From Candidatus Thorarchaeota archaeon (lineage in GTDB: Archaea; Asgardarchaeota; Thorarchaeia; Thorarchaeales; Thorarchaeaceae), in assembly GCA_048882045.1 (NCBI GenBank), contig JBHLRZ010000059.1:1-11983 (forward strand): a DNA stretch of 11,983 nucleotides, read 5' to 3'. Positions 7,408 through 11,983 of the stretch are shown here, one piece after another (the first letter of the stretch is position 1; each line of letters begins with the position of its first letter). A program made the translations under genes and the position numbers. Under the pieces are notes generated by a model. The model was not told the DNA's origin. It saw only the letters and a list, made by a program, of their open reading frames with translations, and made no database searches.

Positions 7408-7812
7408 ATGAAACAACGTTGGAGTGATTCCCTCCTAATCATTTGTCTTATGCTAGCAATCCTATTCTGTCCCATCCCTACTAAACAGGAGCTTGATACT
7501 AAAAGAACAACGATGCATGCCTTTTCACAGGATTATAATTTTGAGGTGGGTTTTGGAGGACCAGCTATCACCTGGGTCACCGTACTGTGTAACAGGACTG
7601 CTGAGATACGATTTTTGTGTCAGGAGGGTGTGTGGATTTCTACAGAGACTATTCTATTGGCTTCGTTTAGAACGACCGCTGCAAGATACAACTTCAATGC
7701 AGAACATTCGACAAATATCGTTCAGGTGAGATCAGATGGACCATTTGAAGTACAAATAATATACACATACAAACTCGAAGCGGAATTGACCCTCTTCACA
7801 AGTGGGCCCTAA
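7408..7812 (+). CDS. Hypothetical protein with N-terminal hydrophobic helix (signal peptide or membrane anchor) and beta-rich domain
   Basis: ATG 7408 (MKQRWSDSLLIICLMLAILFCPIP) is preferred to TTG 7393. It is followed by alternating-hydrophobic beta-like segments. A TTTAATA element lies at 7368-7374 upstream. No family recognised. Confidence 0.65.
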   Translation: MKQRWSDSLLIICLMLAILFCPIPTKQELDTKRTTMHAFSQDYNFEVGFGGPAITWVTVLCNRTAEIRFLCQEGVWISTETILLASFRTTAARYNFNAEHSTNIVQVRSDGPFEVQIIYTYKLEAELTLFTSGP

Positions 7813-7880
7813 AATAATCGTCTGGTATCATCATTGGGTGTTGATGGCAGTAGGCATTAGTATTGTGCCTCTTTTCTCTA

Positions 7881-8870
7881 TTACTCATATTTGACTGCAT
7901 GCAACACTCCTTTCTGTGTGATTAGCTTGGCTTGATTCCTGCTTTCAAGAATCCTAAGAACATCCTGACTTTCTGCTAAAGCCAAGACAAGAGAATTAAT
8001 GTCATAATCCCCATAGATGATTCTTGATATCTCATAAACTGTCTTTGGATTAGTTGTCAAAGATTCTGCAGCTGTTCTGAATTTCTTCTCATATTCAACA
8101 CGTAGTGCTTCGATTCTTGATTTAATGTCGAATATCGGCTCTCTGTGGCCAGGTAGAGCTATGTAGGTTTCTCTTGATGAGATACAGTCTAGTGACTCGA
8201 GGTAGGTCAGCATCCCAATTCTGTCAGTGCTGTCGAATGATATGCTTGGGTTTGAGCTGATATCTCCCAAGATATGATCACCACTAAAGACAATCCGCTG
8301 TTCATCACACACGTAACACACGGACCCTGAAGAATGTCCTGGGACCCAGATAGCTGTGATTTCACCGATGCCAGTTTTGAAACGTGCGTTATCCTTGAAT
8401 GTATGGGCTGTTGGAACTGGCTCTCTTATCGATATGTAGTATTCAATGAGCCTTTTTGGATTGAGTTTTTGGATTTCATCATTTGGAACACCGGATGTGT
8501 CTATCAGTTTCTCAAAGGAATTCAAGTATATCTCCGCATGCTCTTCATAGCTAACCAGTGAATTAGCATCCCTTTCGTGAATCCACACCTCTGTAGAACT
8601 TCCATGAACACGCTCTCGTTCTCTAACAAATTGTGCAGCTAGGCCTATGTGATCAAGATGACCGTGCGTAATGAGAATCTGCTCGATGTCAGACAACTCA
8701 TACGATAGGTTCTGGAGAGATTCTTGCATCGTGGACAGACTTTTGGAGGTCTTTGGACCAGTATCAATCAGAGTGAGGGGAGAATCTTCGATTAGATAAC
8801 AGTTAACGCTTCCAACAGGAAAAGGTGTGGGTACCTCAATCCTAGATACGCCATCAGTCAGGTTTGTCAT
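7881..8870 (-). CDS. Metallo-beta-lactamase-fold hydrolase
   Basis: VNCYLI...LIDTG, THGHLDHIG (HxHxDH), PGHS, SGDH and LPGH. Start set at ATG 8870 because a TTTATA box lies 28 nt upstream. Confidence 0.92.
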   Translation of the reverse strand: MTNLTDGVSRIEVPTPFPVGSVNCYLIEDSPLTLIDTGPKTSKSLSTMQESLQNLSYELSDIEQILITHGHLDHIGLAAQFVRERERVHGSSTEVWIHERDANSLVSYEEHAEIYLNSFEKLIDTSGVPNDEIQKLNPKRLIEYYISIREPVPTAHTFKDNARFKTGIGEITAIWVPGHSSGSVCYVCDEQRIVFSGDHILGDISSNPSISFDSTDRIGMLTYLESLDCISSRETYIALPGHREPIFDIKSRIEALRVEYEKKFRTAAESLTTNPKTVYEISRIIYGDYDINSLVLALAESQDVLRILESRNQAKLITQKGVLHAVKYE

Positions 8871-8897
8871 GGATATCAAGCCATGTTGTATTGGCAA

Positions 8898-8903
8898 TAT
8901 AAA
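8898..8903 (-). promoter_or_regulatory. Archaeal TATA box for the MBL-fold gene (leaderless spacing)
   Basis: TTTATA on the minus strand, 28-33 nt upstream of ATG 8870. Confidence 0.55.
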
Positions 8904-9003
8904 GAGGGTAGTTCAGACTTGTCTGTTATTGATTTTTGACTCGATTGCCAAAAGAAACAAAATACTGTGGATACACAGTTAGAAAATGAAGGAGGACTAA
9001 GAT

Positions 9004-10359
9004 ATGATTCACCCTACTGATTATAGATACAAGGTTGATGCTCTCGAGGATTATCTCTCCCCGAATGCGTTGCTACGATATCAGATCAGAGTTGAGATAG
9101 CATATATTGCTGCACTAGCAAAGCTTGATGTTTGTTCTCAATCTGTGCTTGAGGAATATACCAAAGCAGAAGGCGCAGTAACTCATGAAAGAGTATCACA
9201 ACTTGAGTCTGAGCTCAAGCATGATGTGAGGGCAATGGTGGAAGCCATGAAGGAACAAGTATCACCATCAGCAAGACCTTACTGCCATCTTGGACTCACT
9301 TCAAATGACATCATTGCAAACGCCACCGCTCTGCTAATTCGGGAGGTGTGTATTAATCTCCTTCAGCCATCTCTTACAGAATTACTTACTATTCTCATCA
9401 AAAAAGCAAAACAACACAGTAGCCTCGTGCAGATGGGGAGGACTCATGGTCAGCATGCAGAACCAACAACATTCGGCTTTGTTCTCGCAAACTATATCGA
9501 ACGAATTGGTAGAGGGCTTATCCGAATCAAGCAGGCTCAAGCAGGGTTAAGAGGCAAAATCGGCGGAGCTGTTGGTACTCGCGCTGGATTGAAGTTGATT
9601 GCAGACCCACAGAAACTTGAGGCTGAAACACTTGCCAAACTTGGACTGGTGTCAGTAGAAGCACCTTCTCAATTGGCAAATCAAGAGGAACTTGCCAACT
9701 TCTTCAGTCAACTTATCCTTGTGTTGGGAACTATAGCAGATATGGCGAATGATTTCCGACAGTTACAGAGAACAGAGATTGCAGAAGTGTTTGAAGCAAC
9801 CGAGGAAACTCAAGTTGGCTCATCTACAATGCCGCAGAAGAGAAATCCCATCGGATGGGAGAATATTGTATCCCATTACAAATCCATAGTCCCAAAATTG
9901 GTAACATCATATATGAACCTGATTTCTGAACACCAGAGAGATCTGACAGATTCTGCTGCAAATCGTTATCTTTTGGCAGAAATTCTGAACACATTTCTTT
10001 ACTGTGTCAGGCGTGCAAAATTTCTCTTGCAGAACATTGAGGTGAATGAAGAGCGAATGAGAGAGAACATCGCTTTGAATAGATCATTCGAACTAGCAGA
10101 ACCTGCATATATTCTACTTGCTTTGAGCGGTGTTGATGATGCCCATCGTGTTATACGGAACATTGTTCGAGAGGCGCATCAGAGGGACCTTTCCTTCAAA
10201 GAAATGCTTCAACAAAATGAATCACTTATCAGGAGCATAGATTCAGTCAGTAAGGAGAAGAAACACGCTATCAAGGACTCTTATGACTACATTGGCCAAG
10301 CATCAGAGATTACTGAGTCAGTTTGTGCTGTCTGGGAGGACTATCTTAGAGAGGTTTGA
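9004..10359 (+). CDS. purB: Adenylosuccinate lyase
   Basis: KHDV, HLGLTSND, GRTHGQHAEPTTFG and the fumarase-superfamily signature GSSTMPQKRNP. Strong GGAGG Shine-Dalgarno at 8991-8995. Adjacent to purA. Confidence 0.95.
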   Translation: MIHPTDYRYKVDALEDYLSPNALLRYQIRVEIAYIAALAKLDVCSQSVLEEYTKAEGAVTHERVSQLESELKHDVRAMVEAMKEQVSPSARPYCHLGLTSNDIIANATALLIREVCINLLQPSLTELLTILIKKAKQHSSLVQMGRTHGQHAEPTTFGFVLANYIERIGRGLIRIKQAQAGLRGKIGGAVGTRAGLKLIADPQKLEAETLAKLGLVSVEAPSQLANQEELANFFSQLILVLGTIADMANDFRQLQRTEIAEVFEATEETQVGSSTMPQKRNPIGWENIVSHYKSIVPKLVTSYMNLISEHQRDLTDSAANRYLLAEILNTFLYCVRRAKFLLQNIEVNEERMRENIALNRSFELAEPAYILLALSGVDDAHRVIRNIVREAHQRDLSFKEMLQQNESLIRSIDSVSKEKKHAIKDSYDYIGQASEITESVCAVWEDYLREV

Positions 10360-10365
10360 AGCTGA

Positions 10366-11628
10366 ATGCCGTCCGTTGTTATTGTTGGAACCCAATGGGG
10401 TGACGAAGGCAAGGGGAAGGTAGTCGACTATTGCGCGCAGGATGCAGACTGTGTAGTACGTTATCAAGGAGGAGCAAATGCGGGACATACTATTGCTACC
10501 GATAAACTAGTTTTGAAGCTTCAACTCATCCCGTCGGGAGTCCTTACTGGAAAAAGGGTGTTTATTGGCGGAGGTGTCGTTGTTGACCCTCGAATCCTCA
10601 TTGATGAAATTGACAACATTGAAAATCAAGGAATATCAGCCAACCTCCTGATCTCTGGTAATGCACATGTAACTCTACCCTATCATAACCTTCTAGATAA
10701 CAGCTGGGAACAATTGAGGGAAGAGAAGAAGATTGGAACCACAAAGAAAGGGATAGGTCCAACGTATGTTGACAAGATGCAACGTCATGGAATAAGATTT
10801 TCAGAACTAGTGGAGAACCGGTTCGAGAAGAGAGTCAGGTCCAACGTCGAAATCGCAAACAGAATCCTTCAGGCCATGGTCAGCAATGACAAAATGATTG
10901 ACCCTGAAGAGGTAGTTCAAATCTGCACAGAGCTCGGACCTCGTTTGAGGAAGTATGTTGGTGATGTCAGTAAGGCAGTCAATTCAGCACTAGAGTCAGG
11001 ACAAAGAGTCATATTTGAAGGCGCTCAAGGCACAATGCTTGACATTGATCACGGCACATACCCATACGTGACTTCATCGAATCCAACAGCAGGTGGTGCT
11101 TGTACAGGAACTGGAGTTGGACCAACGATGATTAATCATGTTTTGGGAGTTTGTAAAGCATACTCCACTAGAGTTGGTGAAGGTCCCTTTCCAACTGAGA
11201 ATAATGACACGGCGGGAGAAAAACTGCGTAAAGCAGGAAATGAGTATGGTACTGTGACTGGGAGGCCTCGTCGATGCGGATGGCTTGACTTCAATATCAT
11301 CAGATACTCAAAACGAATAAACGGGCTCACAGGTCTTGCTCTTACGAAGCTGGATGTCCTCACGGGTCTTGGAGAATTAAAAGTCTGTGTGGCCTATCGC
11401 TATGGTGAGCATGAAATTCTCGACGTTCCCATTCAGGGTTTGACTGATTGCAAGCCAATCTATCAGAGCCTAGATGGATGGGACACTTTGTTTGAAGGTG
11501 ATGAACTCAGTGATGCTGCAAATGAGTATATTAAAAAAATCGAGAACGAGGTCCAACTTCCTGTCTGCTATATATCAACGGGTCCAAAGAGAGATGAGAT
11601 GATTTGTCGAAGAAACGTGTGGTTATAA
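10366..11628 (+). CDS. purA: Adenylosuccinate synthetase
   Basis: GTQWGDEGKGK, GGANAGHT, IGTTKKGIGPTY, EGAQG, DIDHGTYPYVTSS, GTVTGRPRRCGWLD and TKLDVL. Confidence 0.98.
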   Translation: MPSVVIVGTQWGDEGKGKVVDYCAQDADCVVRYQGGANAGHTIATDKLVLKLQLIPSGVLTGKRVFIGGGVVVDPRILIDEIDNIENQGISANLLISGNAHVTLPYHNLLDNSWEQLREEKKIGTTKKGIGPTYVDKMQRHGIRFSELVENRFEKRVRSNVEIANRILQAMVSNDKMIDPEEVVQICTELGPRLRKYVGDVSKAVNSALESGQRVIFEGAQGTMLDIDHGTYPYVTSSNPTAGGACTGTGVGPTMINHVLGVCKAYSTRVGEGPFPTENNDTAGEKLRKAGNEYGTVTGRPRRCGWLDFNIIRYSKRINGLTGLALTKLDVLTGLGELKVCVAYRYGEHEILDVPIQGLTDCKPIYQSLDGWDTLFEGDELSDAANEYIKKIENEVQLPVCYISTGPKRDEMICRRNVWL

Positions 11629-11983
11629 TTGGTGGAGGGCCAGCAGGCCTTTTTGCGGCTTACAAACTAGCTGGCCATGCAGAGGTAACTATCCTTGATG
11701 CAGGCAAATTGCCAGCCCATCGAGATTGCTCCTCACAACAGACATTATGGTGTAGGCAATGCAACCCGTGTAATGTTGTTGCTGGATTTGGAGGTGCAGG
11801 ACTTCTCTCTTCAGGAATGTTGAACCTCACAACGAATATTGGATTCCCAGATTCGACTATCAACACTATAGGCAATGAAAGGACACGAGAACTAATCGAT
11901 GATGTAGATAGTGTGTTTATTGAACATGGTGCTCCACTGACATGCTACGAACCGGATGAGCGATTCAATGGGTGGGAGAAGAA
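11604..11983 (+). CDS. FAD/NAD(P)-dependent oxidoreductase (COG2509-like) with N-terminal Cys cluster, runs off the right edge
   Basis: Not in the ORF track. TTG 11604 (in-frame TGA at 11595) is open to the end of the window: MSKKRVVIIGGGPAGLFAAYKLAGHAEVTILDAGKLPAHRDCSSQQTLWCRQCNPCNVVAGFGGAGLLSSGMLNL... It shows a Rossmann GxGxxG, C-x7-C-x2-C-x2-C and GxGGAG. Overlaps the purA end by 25 nt. Confidence 0.9.
   Translation, partial: MSKKRVVIIGGGPAGLFAAYKLAGHAEVTILDAGKLPAHRDCSSQQTLWCRQCNPCNVVAGFGGAGLLSSGMLNLTTNIGFPDSTINTIGNERTRELIDDVDSVFIEHGAPLTCYEPDERFNGWEK

Noticed and set aside
11636-11654. Hairpin-plus-T-run (AGGGCC-AGCA-GGCCTT-TTT) after purA resembling an intrinsic terminator
   Set aside because: It encodes the GGPAGLF Rossmann motif of the next gene, so it is explained by coding constraint.
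350-11875. Remaining short track ORFs (e.g. 350..718-, 1019..1492-, 1751..2191-, 3600..3905+, 5813..6055+, 7493..7729+, 8334..8561+, 11136..11363-, 11660..11875-)
   Set aside because: All lie antisense to, or out of frame within, well-supported genes and show no recognisable motifs.

Overview
Gene-dense archaeal chromosomal window, most likely from an Asgard archaeon such as a Thorarchaeota-like lineage. That assignment is an inference from a Rab-like GTPase, TATA-type promoters and apparent leaderless starts. From left to right it contains: a 3'-truncated pyrimidine-dimer glycosylase/T4 endonuclease V-family gene (-, absent from the ORF track) head-to-head with an ATP-cone class II ribonucleotide reductase (nrdJ, +); a minus-strand run of SDR oxidoreductase, DUF134 HTH/Zn-ribbon regulator, an unlisted 53-aa Cys-rich zinc-finger protein and an acetyl-CoA synthetase-family ligase; a Rab-like small GTPase fused to a long C-terminal coiled coil (+); a small predicted membrane/secreted protein (+); an MBL-fold hydrolase (-); purB-purA (+); and an overlapping, unlisted, 3'-truncated FAD-dependent oxidoreductase (+). 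The most notable signals are (i) a candidate DUF134 regulon, with a perfect 7-2-7 palindrome just upstream of the regulator and related copies upstream of the zinc-finger micro-gene, and (ii) the Rab-like GTPase/coiled-coil fusion. No RNA genes, CRISPR arrays or mobile elements were recognised.
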